Notes: generated from the letters alone by a model not told the origin. DNA of 64,000 nt from Macrostomum lignano (GCA_002269645.1 NIVC01000149.1:124001-188000), one strand, 5' to 3'; positions 12,740-25,608 are shown, numbered from the stretch's first letter. Numbers and translations are program-made.

Positions 12740-13345
12740 TGTCTCTTCAACTCTCATCTCTCTCTTCTTCTCTACCTTGCCTCCCCTCTTCTCTCTCTCC
12801 CCCTTTTCCCTCTTCTCTCTCCTCTCATTTTTACTCTCCTCTCTTCTCCCCCTTTCTCTCTACCCTTTCTCCTCAATGCCCTCTTCTCTCCTCTTATCTT
12901 CAGCAAAAATATGTGCATATTTTCTTACTTCAAAGTAGAGGGAATAGAAGATTAGAGATAAGCAAACAGAGGAGAGGCAAGCGATGCGATGGGAGAAAAG
13001 ATAGAAAAGGAGAGAAAAGCTGAGGGAGGAAAAAGAGATGAGAGAGAAGAGGAGATGAGAGGAAAGAGGAAAGAAAAGATGATGGATGAGATCAGAAGAG
13101 AGGAAAGAGGAAAGAGGAGAGAGTAGATGAGAGAAGAGAGGATAAAGAGGAGATGAGAGGAGAGTGAAGAGAGGAGAGATGAGAGAGTAGAAAAGAGAGG
13201 AGAGATAAGATGAGAGAGTAGAGTGGAATGGAGAGAGACGAGAGGAGAGATAAGAATGTAGAGAGGAGACAGAAGAGATAGGAGAGGAGAGGAAAGAGAG
13301 AAGGGATAAGGGATGAGAGAGAAAAGAAAAAGAGGATGAGAAGAT
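12740..13345. repeat. Pyrimidine-rich tract followed by purine-rich (GA) tract, low complexity
   Basis: CT-rich 12740-12900, GA-rich 12950-13345; ORFs here are compositional artefacts. Confidence 0.9.
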
Positions 13346-13977
13346 TGAGGAATGGAGAGAATTTGCAAAGGCCTCAAATCAAACATGCATTACTCCCATC
13401 TTTGCCTTTTTCCTAACTGTTAACAAGTTTTTGTTTGAGCATGACTTCAAATTTAGAATCTATGCAAAAATAGTTCCGGGAATTAGAATTCAGTGGTTTA
13501 AAAATCTGTGGGTTTTCACAGCTTGTATCTCTACTGGATTCGTATTCTGCATCTGATGAGCCATCTGAATCAGGGCTCTCATCTTCCATGCCAAATCGTC
13601 TAGCAAATCGTTCTTGAGCTATAGGTCACACTGTATTCACTTCACTTACTTCTGGACATTCATGAATCATGACTTTTGTAGTATGCTCACTACACTGTAC
13701 TGACAATTTACTAATTGCTTCATGCCGCCACTAGATGACACTGATTAGCTGTTATAAAAACGCAGAATCTGCACCCAGCACTAATTAGCTGGCGAGGCAT
13801 TTAGCTTTAAAAATATGGTCATAGTTACTCCTGCCGTTTACCTAAAGTTTTTGCTTGGCTCTTTCATAGGTAAGTCGCATTTTTTATCGAAAACTAAGTC
13901 GCACGGCCAGCGTAATTTCAGAAGTTGCGCATGTATGATTGACATAGTTAATATAAAAATTACAGGTGCATACAAGG

Positions 13978-14762
13978 GGCTCATTCCATATAAGCATGGT
14001 CGTAACATGACAGGTTATTTTTACTTATAAAATGAAATCTAATAATAGAATATACTAAACCAATATTTTAAATGAAAGATTATTTTGTCTAGAATATATT
14101 TATAGAGTTTCATATAGATATCATCATTAGTATAGATGCTATTAAACCTTAAATGACACTTATGGTCGTAACAACAGAATTTTTGACATATAGAAACTAA
14201 AAGGTAAAAGTCTTATAACATTTTTCATTTTTGATATTTTGCAATACATTTTTAAAATTTGACTAAGAACATCTTTAGAAATCATACTCTTTTATTAGAA
14301 TATATAAACTCAAAAGGCAACAAAGATACAAAAGAAAAGGCAGCCTTATGGTCATAACATTATGGTCGTAACATATTCTTTCTGTCAATTCAGTAACTTT
14401 GAGGTACTAATACATTAAAAATATAATAGATTATTTGGTCACCAATGCTTTTATCTGATGATGCAAGTACTATACTTTTATCTATAGTTTGTTTCAACCT
14501 TCAAAAGCTTTCTATTTGTTTTTAAAAGGTACAAAATCTTAATGATGTCTTTTGCTTCGAAAAATGTCCAAATTTTTACAAAAATGACTTTTTGCCAATT
14601 GATAACATACTAATCCAACATTTTACCATTCCTTTATTCTTAGATTGTATATATTGCACAATATAAACATTTGGTAAAAAAATAGGCTAATTAGGCAATA
14701 GCAAGCAAAAATATTGACTTTTTTCTATTTTCCAAATATGTCCATCTTATATGGAATGAGCC
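13978..14762 (+). mobile_element. 785-bp non-autonomous TIR element, copy 1, 4-bp TSD
   Basis: Perfect 17-bp TIR GGCTCATTCCATATAAG / CTTATATGGAATGAGCC; TSD AAGG at 13974-13977 and 14763-14766; a homologous copy lies at 21287-22074. Confidence 0.9.
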
Positions 14763-16166
14763 AAGGGATTTTAGCCTGAAGGTAGGAAAATCCTAAATTA
14801 ATACACCTTTGCCTTTGGTCAAATTTTTCATATTTAAAATGTTTAAGTCTTCTAGATTTGTTCAAGTCATCATCATTATAATTATATGACAATTTTGAAT
14901 GACAATTTTGGCTGCATCCACATGAACAAGTATTAATGGTTCCTTCATTTTTCAGGGGTTCAGCAACTTTCTCTACTGGGTGGCACACTATTTATTGTCT
15001 TATTGACTTGCTTGACTGACTTACTGACTTGCTTGCTTACTGTCTTATTATTGCTTGTTGCTAAATTGCTTGCTGCACCTGCACTTATAATGATCCCACT
15101 TATAACGCCTGCACTAAAAAATCGTAAATAGGTGGTTATGGGCATAGCCAGACGCCCAGATGTGTAGATATATCCTTTTATAGTTTAGGTCTATAGCTAA
15201 AATTATTTATGGTTATGAATATGATAATTAAAATTAAATAAAACATTAATGAAAATTGTTAACCGCACCACAACTGGAAATTAGGTGAGGAGCGAATTGG
15301 AGACCAAGGCCAAGAGCTAGACGCAAGGCAAGGGGGCGGTCTGACAGTCGGTGACAGTGACAGATCCCAAGATCCGGTCTTGTATTTAACTTGGGTAAAA
15401 GGTCACCGAACTTGAATTTTTTCCAGGTCTCCACTCTCTGCCAAACAAAAGATGTTGCTTCTTCTTGTACTGTTTCTTCAATGTTTTTTACTGTTCTGAA
15501 CATGGAGTGGAGGCGGAATGGATTGGAGAGTAGTGTCAGACAGCCATAAGATTTAAATTGTACGTTGTCACGTACGTAATTTTTCATATTACAAAAATTG
15601 CATTTGAATAAAAAAAGAAAGCACAATACGGCACATAGAACTCTAGTATAAGTAAAAGATTAAAGCTAATAATTTAATTTTTTAAGATTTCATAACTTTT
15701 ATCAAACTAAAAACTTTTCAGTGATTTACTCAGTGACCTATTTGATTTACTGACTGCATGCTTTGCTTCCTCTATTCTGAAATTTGAATTCAATTTCACT
15801 CGCCTTAGGCGTAGCTCAATTAGCCCAAGGATCGTTGAGTGAGTCACTTAGCAGCACCGGTGCCGGTCACATCGGCGAAAAGGCATTTCGACGAAAGCCA
15901 CTTCGGCAGTCAAAGGTCACGCCGTCACGCATAGTTCACTCACCATGGCGCACCTGCACCACAGCAGCTCCTGCTTCGGAGTAAGACCCTATACTAAACA
16001 TGCCAAATTTCAATGCTAAACACCTAACAGCGTAAGACTAAATGAGTGCTTCCTAGATTTAATAGTTTTGGAGAGTTAGTAGGTAGTTTACATGGTGTTT
16101 AGCAAATTATTAGTATATTGTGATTGATTGTTTCAAATTAATCATTTTAGTTTAATTAGACTTAGG

Positions 16167-17003
16167 CAGTGTTGGGCACTTCCGTTACCGAGTAACTTGC
16201 AAATGGTAACGCAAGTTACTTTTTCGTAAAGCGTTCCTTACACAAGTTACTTTTTTATTTTAGTAACAGAGTAACGGTAAGTTACTCAAATTTCGGAAGT
16301 CCGTTACAATTACTTTGCAACAATTGCAATATTTAAATTTAAAACTGAAATACTTAGCTAGTACGCCGGTTGTCACATGTTTTTGCATTTTTCATTCCTA
16401 AATTCAAAATTAAGTGAATAGTATCATATGGTATTGCGCTTAATTAATGAAGAAATACTTGAAACATGTTTTACTTTGTTAATTTCGGTTAAATATTTTT
16501 GCCTTCATTTTCGTTACTGAAATTTTTTAAGTTTGATTCAAACAAACAACCAAAGAAAGAAATTCATCTGTAGCCTCCACAAGTCCCTCCACTGGCACTG
16601 CAGTACACTACACCATTTTATACAGTTCTATTTATTTTACTCTATTGAATTATTGATATTCATTTAATTTATCATTTATAATTTTAATTATTGATTGCCA
16701 TTGCCCATTGGTCCTTCTACTTGCCTCATATCATGTCGCCAATTCCTGTCTCTGTCTGTTAATTGGTTAATCCCAATGCCCAATGGCAAATTTCAGTAAC
16801 AACAATGTGAAAAAATGTGCAATGTGAAAAAAGCAGAAATTTTTGTTAATAACATAGGTAACGGAAGTGAGTAACAGACAGTAACTTAAAAGTTACCAGG
16901 TTTTTGTCTAAAGTTACTAGGCTAACGTAAGTTACTTTTTAAAAATTGGTAACTTAAGTTACAGTAACGCAAGTTACTTTTTTGAGTAACTTGCCCAACA
17001 CTG
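16167..17003. mobile_element. 837-bp MITE with 8-bp TSD (hAT-type)
   Basis: TIR CAGTGTTGGGCA / TGCCCAACACTG; TSD GACTTAGG at 16159-16166 and 17004-17011; subterminal GTAAC/GTTAC motif repeats. Confidence 0.92.
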
Positions 17004-17634
17004 GACTTAGGCCACACGCCCACACTTCACCTTCGGATCATGTAGTATACATGCCCAAAAAATTTGGTCACATTCTATGCCAGCTATTCCAACATACCAC
17101 TTTTGGCATGCAATACCCAAATACACGCAAATGCATACCACAATTTTCAGGCCAAATCAAATGTATGCCATAATTTTCTGCTTCTGGCATGATGTATGAC
17201 TTCTAGAGTATAGGACAGTGACTGGACAGACATGGCCTCTGTGGGTTAGGAGGGTAAGGCCACACTCTTATCATATAATTAATTAGTATATGCCCAAAAA
17301 ATTGGGCATGCAATGATGTACATAATTGGCATGCATCACTCTTAAAAAATAGTATATATACACACCTGGCATAATCATGTAAAAAGTTATTGTGAAGTAG
17401 AAAGAAAAAAAGAAAGTTCATTTTTTGGGTATAAATTTCAAGCTTTGCAGTTTTTAGCACATAATAAAGTAGTTAAATAAATCTTTGTATAATTGATTTT
17501 CTACTATAAATAGTACTGCCTAAAAAGCATAAAAATCAATTAAATTATAAGCCAAAATTGGTTCAATATGCAATTTATAAAAAGGCTATTTATTGTCACA
17601 ATGGCATGCAATTTCACACAAGTATAACTTTGGC

Positions 17635-17900
17635 CATCAACTTTTCTGTTAACTAATCCGTCAACTATTCTGTCAACTTTTCATGTTAGTAGGATAAATA
17701 ACTTTATTTGTTAACTATTCTGTCAACTTTTCTGTTAACTTTTCCATCAAGTATTCCATGAACTTTTCTGTTAACTTTTCCATCAAGTATTCCATTAAAT
17801 TTTTCCATTAACTCTTCTGTCAACATAATCCATTTACTATTTCATTAACATTCCACCAAATATCTTATCACTTTTCTGTTAACTATTTCATCAACATTTA
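17635..17900. repeat. Degenerate short AT-rich repeat (AACTTTTCTGTT-like), with a related inverted tract near 19145-19230
   Basis: Direct inspection; the reverse-complement-like tract is GTTGACGGAAAATTTGACAGAATACTTGATGGAAAA. Confidence 0.55.
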
Positions 17901-18438
17901 TGCAAGTCCATAAAATATTCTATCAAGAATTTTGTGTTCTCTAAATGGAAAGTGATAATTTTTTGCATAAGTGCAGTTTCCTTTGCAATTTTTTATACAT
18001 GCTTTAAATTTGTTGAGTATACATATACATAGTGAAATCCAAAAATCGGGGGCAAGTTTTATGAAAATTCGTTTTTTGGCAATTTGAAAGCAATAAAGCT
18101 ATAAAATAAATTTATTCAAGTTTTTAAAAGGTAAAAAAGTCTATTAAAGCACAAATTATTTTCGTATAGCTTTATTTTTAATAAAATGATTTGTTGAAAC
18201 GGTAAGTTTAATTACGACCTAAAATGAGTCGAATGAAAATGCTAGAAAAGCTATAATAATATATTTTATTAACTTTAACTATCTTATAATGTTACACTCT
18301 ATAATTCTACAACATATTTAACATTATTTTCAAGGGTTTATTTGTTTATCACTTTTGTTACTCTTGACAACGAGTTCTTTTGTAGAGTTCGTTTGCAATA
18401 AATTGTATTCAACATAAGTTTATTATTTAAACATACAA

Positions 18439-18790
18439 ATTCCTGTAAGGATCGGAAAATTGCATTTTACTCAGCTTCTACTAAAGCGATTGGGAAAATT
18501 CTTTTTTTCCTGCATACACGCCGCAATGATACATGTTTTAGTATAATTTCATTGTTCTTCGTCGCTTAATGAGCATACAGTAAGCATCTGATTTGGAAGC
18601 TGGGTAACACATTGGAATTCCCATAAGGATTGGAAAATTGCATTTTACTCAGCTTCTACTAAAGCGATTTGGAAAATTCTTTTTTTCCTGCATACACGCC
18701 GCGATGATACATGTTTTAGTGTAATTTTATTGTTCTTCGTCGCTTAATGAGCATACAGTAAGCATCTGATTTGGATGCCGGGTTCACATT
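18439..18790. repeat. Tandem duplication of a 178-bp AT-rich unit (2 copies)
   Basis: TAAGGAT(C/T)GGAAAATTGCATTTTACTCAGC at 18446 and 18624. Unrelated in sequence to the 178-nt snoRNA repeat. Confidence 0.9.
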
Positions 18791-21286
18791 TTGTGGTACC
18801 ATTTTTTGCCCAAAATTTTGAAGTCTAAATATAGGCATATTACAAACATTAATACTATGCAAGTTGATATTTAAATGAAAGAAAACAACTTAAAGATTAT
18901 TTTGCAACAAGGAATTAGCGATATATTTACTTTTAGAGAAAGATGTTTGCTGGCAAACTTTGCACTTTATATTAGTATGAATTTTCGCGAGTTTATATGG
19001 TTTTAGAAAAAACTTGAAAATGGAAAAGATGCTCATTGTTACTAACGCAAGCTTGTTTTTTCATTGATATATAAGCATGCAAACACAATAAATGATCAAA
19101 GAGCTACTCACATGATGATCCTATTTGAGAAAGTCACATATGTTTTTTCAGAACAATAAATTGTTGACGGAAAATTTGACAGAATACTTGATGGAAAAAT
19201 TGATGGAATATTTGATGGAAAAGTTGAAGGCCAAAGTTATAATCGTCAATTTTACCAATTTTATTAATTTTACCAATACAAAATTCGTATTCACCTTTTT
19301 ATGTGCATTTGTAATTATTCAATTTCTATTTAAGCATATGAGGTCAAGGGGCTTTGGCGGTTAGGTCCCACATGGGTTCTGGTTAATTCATTTGTTTCAG
19401 CCATTCAAATTGGTGTGGTTTTGACAATTTAAACAAACTTAAGCAAAGATCTTGGCTTGCAGATAATGGGGAGCTCTGGCTGCTGAGTTCCTCAGGCTCA
19501 GGGAGGTAGCTATGGTCGTGGCTGAGCAGTCTAGTTTTGCCAACAATCAGAATGCCAAATGTAGAAATTCGTAGCCAATATGAAAAACTTCAAAATAAGC
19601 TAATTTGTCAGGAGTGTTACTCTGCTACTATAGTAGTAGTTCGCTGCCACCATTGCAGTTATATGCAGTAAAAGCTCTAAAGCTCAAAACTAGCTCAAGT
19701 TTGCTTTAAGACTTCTCTTGAGCCCACTAAGGGTCAAATAAAGCTTCCAAGGTCATGAAGGCTAAGACACCATTTCAACACAAGGTTAAATTTGCTGGCA
19801 TATTAAAGGGCTAAAAACTGAGTAAATATTATTATTGTACCAACACAAAGTTCGAGCACACGCAACTATAAGCAAGTTCACTATTGTCAAATTAGTAGCA
19901 ACTTAAATTGATGGGTTGGACAAAGAGCTGGTTGGGTTGGGATGCTAGGCTTATAAGTAGGGGCGACTTGTATTAGGCTAGAGATGTACTGGAGATGGAC
20001 AGTACTACAAGAGTCAGGTGGTTCCACACAAGAGTTGGGTAAAGCCACTTGAGAGTTGGGAAAAGCCACATAAGAGTTGGGTAAAGACACAAGAGTCTGG
20101 CTAGGAAAGGTGGGGTGCAGACTCTTAAATAGGCTCTCATGAGCCACTGGGAAAAAAGGGTTACCCTGAGTGAGACAAGAAAGACACATAGCAGCCTCGC
20201 CTACCACATATGCATCTAGCATGATTTGGACTATGTGGGTGAGATTAACAAGGGCATTTTTAGAGGTCATTGAATATCCTACTAGTGCCACTCTTATTTG
20301 AATGCCACTATATGTGCTAGAATCTATCAGTTGTAAGCAATTTTTGAGACTTGCAATATAAGGCAAAAATGTTAAGCAGATTTGTCAAATATGTTGACAT
20401 TATAGTTTTCTATTTAGGCCATGCAAGAATAATTTAGTTTCTGTAGTATTCCAAGAGAGCTATACCATAGATGCTGCTAAGGTTGCCAATGGAGCTAGGC
20501 CTAATATTTGGCAAATCCATGTCAAGAAAATGCTTGCTAAGCTGATACCTAATATTAAAAAAAAATAGGCCAAATATTATCTTTTAGACCTAACAAAAAG
20601 ATTTTATTTCATGATATTTTTTCTTCTTACTAACCTTATAGTACTAATAATAATAATATAGGCCTATATTTGCTTTTTATTCTATTCTATGACTATATAG
20701 GATAAATGCCTTGCATTTTTTATTTATCTGTAAGTAAAGAAACCTTTTTAATTTAACTAAGCTGATTTAAGCTGCTTTTACACCCTTTGGCAAGTCATAT
20801 AGGGTGTTGACAGTCTTCTTATTCTTATCATATTTGTTTTTCCTTATTTTGGACTTTGTCTCCTTATTCTCCTATTTTTTATTTATATTTTAAAAGCATT
20901 TTTATTAGTTAGTTGAAATAACAAGGTTATAATATCCTAATTATAAGTTATGCATATATTTTTATGTAGAAAATATCAACTATATCTTCTTTCCCCTTTG
21001 TACCCAAACCTTTACTTTTGCTATAATGAAGTTAAACTATCTGTTCATCTTGTTGGCCATTGAGGTGGTTAGGTTGTAGCAATAATAATGATATATTGGT
21101 AATAATAGGGTAGCATAGAAAAGTTTTCCAAGATAACTGCTAGTGTCTAAAAGTGGTTTTAAAGTCTCTTTATTTTCTCCTTTTTTTGACAGGCTAAAAA
21201 CCATAGTCTGGAAGATGGCCAGTGGCCTTAATGCCAAAAAATTCCATCTTACCAGTATTTTTGCCTCCCACTGACAATCTTGGTAT

Positions 21287-22074
21287 GGGCCATTCCATAT
21301 AATTATGGTCGTAACATGACAGACTATTTTTACTTATAAAATGAAATCTAATAATAGAATATACTAAACCAATATTTTGAATGAAATATTATTTTGTCAA
21401 GAATATATTTATAAAGTTTCATATAGATATCATCATTAGTATAGATGCTATTAACCCTTGAATGGCACTTATGGTCGTAACAACAGGATTTTTGACATAT
21501 AGAAACTAAAAGGTAAAAGTCTTATAACATTTTTCATTTTTGATATTTTGCAAAAATTTTTTTTAAATTTGACTAAGAACATCTTTAGAAGTCATACTCT
21601 TTTATTAGAATTATATAAACTCAAAAAGGCAAAAAAGATACAAAAGAAAAGGCAGCCTTATGGTCGTAACATTATGGTCGTAACATATTTTTTTCTGTCA
21701 ATTCAGTAACTTTGAAGTACTAATGTATTAAAAATATAATAGATTATATGGTTGCTAATGTTTTTACCTGATGATGCAAGTACTATAATTTTATAAATAG
21801 TTTGTTTTAACCTTCTAAAGCTTTCTATTTGTTTTTAAAAGGTACATAAACTTAATGATGTCTTTTGCTTAGAAAATGTCCAATTTTTTACAAAAATAAC
21901 TTTTTGCCAATTGATAACATACTAATCCAACATTTTATCATTTATTTTTTCTTAGATTGTATATATTACATACAAAAAAGATTTGGTAAAAAAATTGGCT
22001 GATAAGGCAATGACAAGCAAAAAGATTGACTTTTTTCTATTTTCTAAATATGTCCATCTTATATGGAATGGGCC
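21287..22074 (+). mobile_element. Non-autonomous TIR element, copy 2, 4-bp TSD
   Basis: Co-linear with 13978-14762; ends GGGCCATTCCATATAA / TTATATGGAATGGGCC; TSD GTAT at 21283-21286 and 22075-22078. Confidence 0.9.
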
Positions 22075-22419
22075 GTATATACTTGGCATATAGAATTTTT
22101 AGGTTCAACCTGAAGTGTACATAGTGTACATAGTTCAGGGCAAGGAGCTCAAACTAGGCTTCACTTGTTGCCTGACCTGACATAGTATGTCTAGGTTAGA
22201 TGCCTGCTGCAAAGGCAATGATATTATAATTGGCCTAGAGCCTAGTTGCTGGTGTTTTAAAGATTTTTGAGTTTGTTCTGACAAGGGTTTTGGCTAAAAA
22301 AAGCAATCAAGCTTTTGTTGTTTTGTGAGAAGTAGTTCTATAGTATCATTCCAGTTTGTACACCCAAATTCAAGTAGGGAAAGAAATTATATAGCAATAA
22401 AATATAAGATATGATAGCC

Positions 22420-23000
22420 TTAGCTTATGCAACATTTTAAAGACTAAATGTATATTGTATCCTTACATGTAGAAGATCTTGGGGAAATATATTAGCCAGT
22501 TGCCTGCTTCACCAGCTATTGAGTTGACTTGCCTAAGGATATTTGGCAGTCTAGTTTCAGCTCCATTAACTAGTCATAATCAAGCAGTGCAACATTGCTT
22601 CACTTGAACACTACTAGTATCAGTTGCCAATCTTGGCCATTTTGCTAGACTATGACCTCCATCTTACCAATTGGCTAGAAACTCTCACCAGTGTAGGTTT
22701 TAAGAATTGTGGAAGTTAGCTACAGGCAAAGTCTAGAGTCCAGGTCTGGCTTTTCCATTTCTAGAAGCTTGGCATAGTAAAAGTTGCTGCTGAAAGACTG
22801 AAGATAAGTTGATCCCTCAGCCTTATTTTTTATCAGCTATGTCAAATTTTTAGTGCTTGGATGCAGCCTTGAGACTAAAAATAAAGTCAGCAAAGATTTT
22901 CTCACCTGGTCTCTACATGCACTGTTAGAACCAAAATCTTGCTGAGAGTATAGAAGTCTTTGGGGCATAGTGCTATTTCAGAAGTTTTGCCAGATCTTTG
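22420..23000 (-). mobile_element. Degraded LTR-retrotransposon (Gypsy-like) gag/protease relic
   Basis: Minus-strand translations ARFWF*QCM*RPGEKIFADFIFSLKAASKH (gag RxQxxGE motif) and TGESF*PIGKMEVIV*QNGQDWQLILVVFK*SNVALLDYD*LMELKLD (protease C-terminal LLGRDWLxxLKLD-like); many stops. Confidence 0.6.
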
Positions 23001-23930
23001 TATGAATTTGAAGACATAGCATCTGGCTAGCACAGATTGGAAAGCACTTTATATGCCTCTTTTCTAATTTTAGTTACAAGTGTTGCAATCTTTGCTTCAT
23101 TTTTAATATCCTTTTCGAGGAATTGGTCAAACCTTTTCAGGTAGATGTCCATATCAGAGTTTGCTGTATGTAAGGATTCTACCAATGGATCCTAGATACT
23201 TATTGTCACTGTCAAGTTATGGCCAATAAGACATTTGTAGGCTGTTGCCCTCAAAATAAAAACCATAGATGGTGAACTAAACTTTAGATATTTAGTATCA
23301 ATAATAAATATTAAGTAGAAGTGGATTAGTGCATGCACACTAATATCTAATAGTAAAGGTCCTATGGTTTATTAATATGCTTGCAAAAAACAAATATTGA
23401 ATAAAAATAGCAGGTGTTGGTATTTTGTGGCCTAGCCCAAGGCTGCGGCGTTGTTACTTTAGTTTATTAACTTAATTTAAAAAATAGAGCATCAGAAGTT
23501 CATTAAATTGACAATCAATATTTTACAAAGTAGTAATTTCACAATTGACTCTGAAAATATGCTAGGCCATGAATTACCAATACTCAAAAATAGCTTTCTT
23601 TGGAAATGAATCAGAAAATAATTGTTAAATGTTTGAATATTGTTTTTATATTTTTAGAATCCAAAAATAGATATAGGTCAAGGGTCCATGGAATTGACAG
23701 CATTACATTTTGCTGTTTGTGGAAAAATGTTATTGAATGTGTTTCACTTGGGTGCTGACAACCCTCTTGCTTTAAAATAACTTCATTCTTATTGTGGCTA
23801 CTTAGCCTTTATTATTCTTTTATTAAGGCTAAAAGTAATAAACTATAATTTTAATAAGATTTATGAATTTTGACAGTTTATTGAAAATTTTACAACTGTT
23901 TATCCTAATTGCTATCTATGCTACAGCGCC

Positions 23931-24229
23931 ATGGGTTCCAAGTCGTCTAAGATTGCATTTGAGATCTGCTCAGTAACTTCAGATTACAAAGTAGCAGACC
24001 AGGGGCCAATGGTAACCCTGCACATGTACGACAAGGATGGCAACGTCTCGCCTGCATTCTCACTTAGTAATGCATTCTTTCAAGAGGAGGACGGCAGTGT
24101 GCGGGACAAGTTCACAATACCGCAAGCCAGCTGGTGCCGCAAAGGATTTGGCAAAGTGCACAAAATTGAATTCTGGCGAGATGCGTCTGGTGTGGAGTTT
24201 GACTGGTTTTGCGAGAAAGTTATTATCAG
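23931..24229 (+). CDS. Lipoxygenase-family gene exon 1 (PLAT/LH2 domain)
   Basis: GCC ATG GGT start; MGSKSSK...DKFTIP...GKVHKIEFWRD...DWFCEKVIIR is the PLAT pattern; donor AG|GTAAAG, phase 2. Confidence 0.85.
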
Positions 24230-24269
24230 GTAAAGCATTTCTTTATTCTATTTGTAAGAAATTATGGAA

Positions 24270-25185
24270 TTAACACTGCTAGCACTTGGTCCTTCTATGG
24301 GACACTGCTAGCACCTGTTCCTTCATTAGGACGCAACTAGCACCTGTCTTTCATTAGGACACAGCTAGCACCTGTCTTTCATTAGGACACAGCTAGCACC
24401 TGGTCCTTCATTATGACACTGCTAGCACCTGGTCCTTCATTAGGACACTGCTAGCACCTGGTCTTTCATTATGACACTGCTAGCACCTGGTCTTTCATTA
24501 AGACACTGCTAGCACCTGGTCTTTCATTAAGACACTGCTAGCACCTGGTCTTCATTAGACACTGCTAGCACCTGTCTTTCATTAAGACACTGCTAGCACC
24601 TGGTCTTTCATTAGGACACTGCTAGCACCTGGTCCTTCATTAGGACACTGCTAGCACCTGGTCTTTCATTAGGACACTGCTAGCACCTGGTCTTTCATTA
24701 GACACTGCTAGCACCTGGTCCTTCATTAAGACACTGCTAGCACCTGGTCCTTCATTAGACACTGCTAGCACCTGGTCTTTCATTAGGACACTGCTAGCAC
24801 CTGGTCCTTCATTAGGACACTGCTAGCACCTGGTCTTTCATTAGGACACTGCTAGCACCTGGTCTTTCATTAGGACACTGCTAGCACCTGTCTTTAATTA
24901 GGACACTGCTAGCACCTGGTCTTTCATTAGGACACTGCTAGCACCTGGTCCTTCATTAGGACACTGCTAGCTAGCACCTGGTCTTTCATTAGGACACTGC
25001 TAGCACCTGGTCTTTCATTAGGACACTGCTAGCACCTGGTCTTTCATTAGACACTGCTAGCACCTGGTCTTTCATTAAGACACTGCTAGCACCTGGTCTT
25101 TCATTAAGACACTGCTAGCACCTGGTCCTTCATTAAGACACTGCTAGCACCTGGTCCTTCATTAGGACACTGCTAGCACCTGGTC
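24270..25185. repeat. Intronic minisatellite, 29-bp unit (GGACACTGCTAGCACCTGGTCTTTCATTA)
   Basis: About 30 tandem copies in LOX intron 1. Confidence 0.97.
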
Positions 25186-25245
25186 GCATATCTCATACCA
25201 TCAAAACTATCTAACAGCCTATGGACAAATCACCCACCCCTGCAG

Positions 25246-25608
25246 AGACAGGCGCCAGGGCATCGGCGGCAAGTGGCTGTATTCCTACTTCCCTGTGCAC
25301 CGCTGGATCCACCCGGACAGGCACTATTTCTCCCACGACTGCGAGTCCTTCCTGCCGGCCGACGACCCCATGCCGGACGAGCGCATCGCCGAGCTCACCG
25401 AGCGCAGGAACAATTTCCAACTCTATCAGCGAGGTCCCGGCCTGCCCCTGGAGCTGCAGTGTGTACCAGCTGACGAGACATTCACGTTCGATAATCGATG
25501 GGCGATTGAAAAGACTAAGGATGAAATTATAATGAGCAAGGGCCTGGATGTGCACTATTCCAGTGTGGACCATTTTGCTAGCTTTGACGATATGGTTAAC
25601 TACTATAG
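25246..25608 (+). CDS. Lipoxygenase-family gene exon 2
   Basis: Acceptor CTGCAG|A; reads (R)DRRQGIGGKWLYSYFPVHRWIHPD...ERIAELTERRNNFQLYQRGPGLP..., i.e. the PLAT end (FPxxRW) and catalytic-domain start. Donor AG|GTAGGC. Confidence 0.85.

Larger units (their letters stand above)
11976..13951. mobile_element. Putative ~2-kb non-autonomous TIR element
   Basis: ATCATACATGCGCAACT GCTGGCCG near 11987-12009 is inverted at 13904-13939 (CGGCCAGC...AGTTGCGCATGTATGAT, with an 11-bp insert). TAAGTCGCA motifs occur near both ends. No clear TSD. Confidence 0.55.

Noticed and set aside
12736-13386. Ser/Leu-rich ORFs resembling membrane proteins
   Set aside because: Products of CT/GA low-complexity sequence.
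15246-15626. Minus-strand ORF with KNIEETVQEEA resembling a CYP2 helix
   Set aside because: Only a short motif; no other P450 signatures or compatible exons found.
15935-15990. Spliced-leader RNA gene on the minus strand (GGTCTTACTCCGAAG...CATG|GT)
   Set aside because: The resemblance is to a recalled flatworm leader that I cannot verify; the middle does not match, there is no clear Sm site downstream and it is single-copy.
18439-18790. Relationship between this 178-bp duplication and the 178-nt snoRNA
   Set aside because: Same length only; no sequence similarity.
19887-20366. 159-aa minus-strand ORF
   Set aside because: No recognisable domain, partly a short tandem repeat, and located in CpG-depleted relic DNA.
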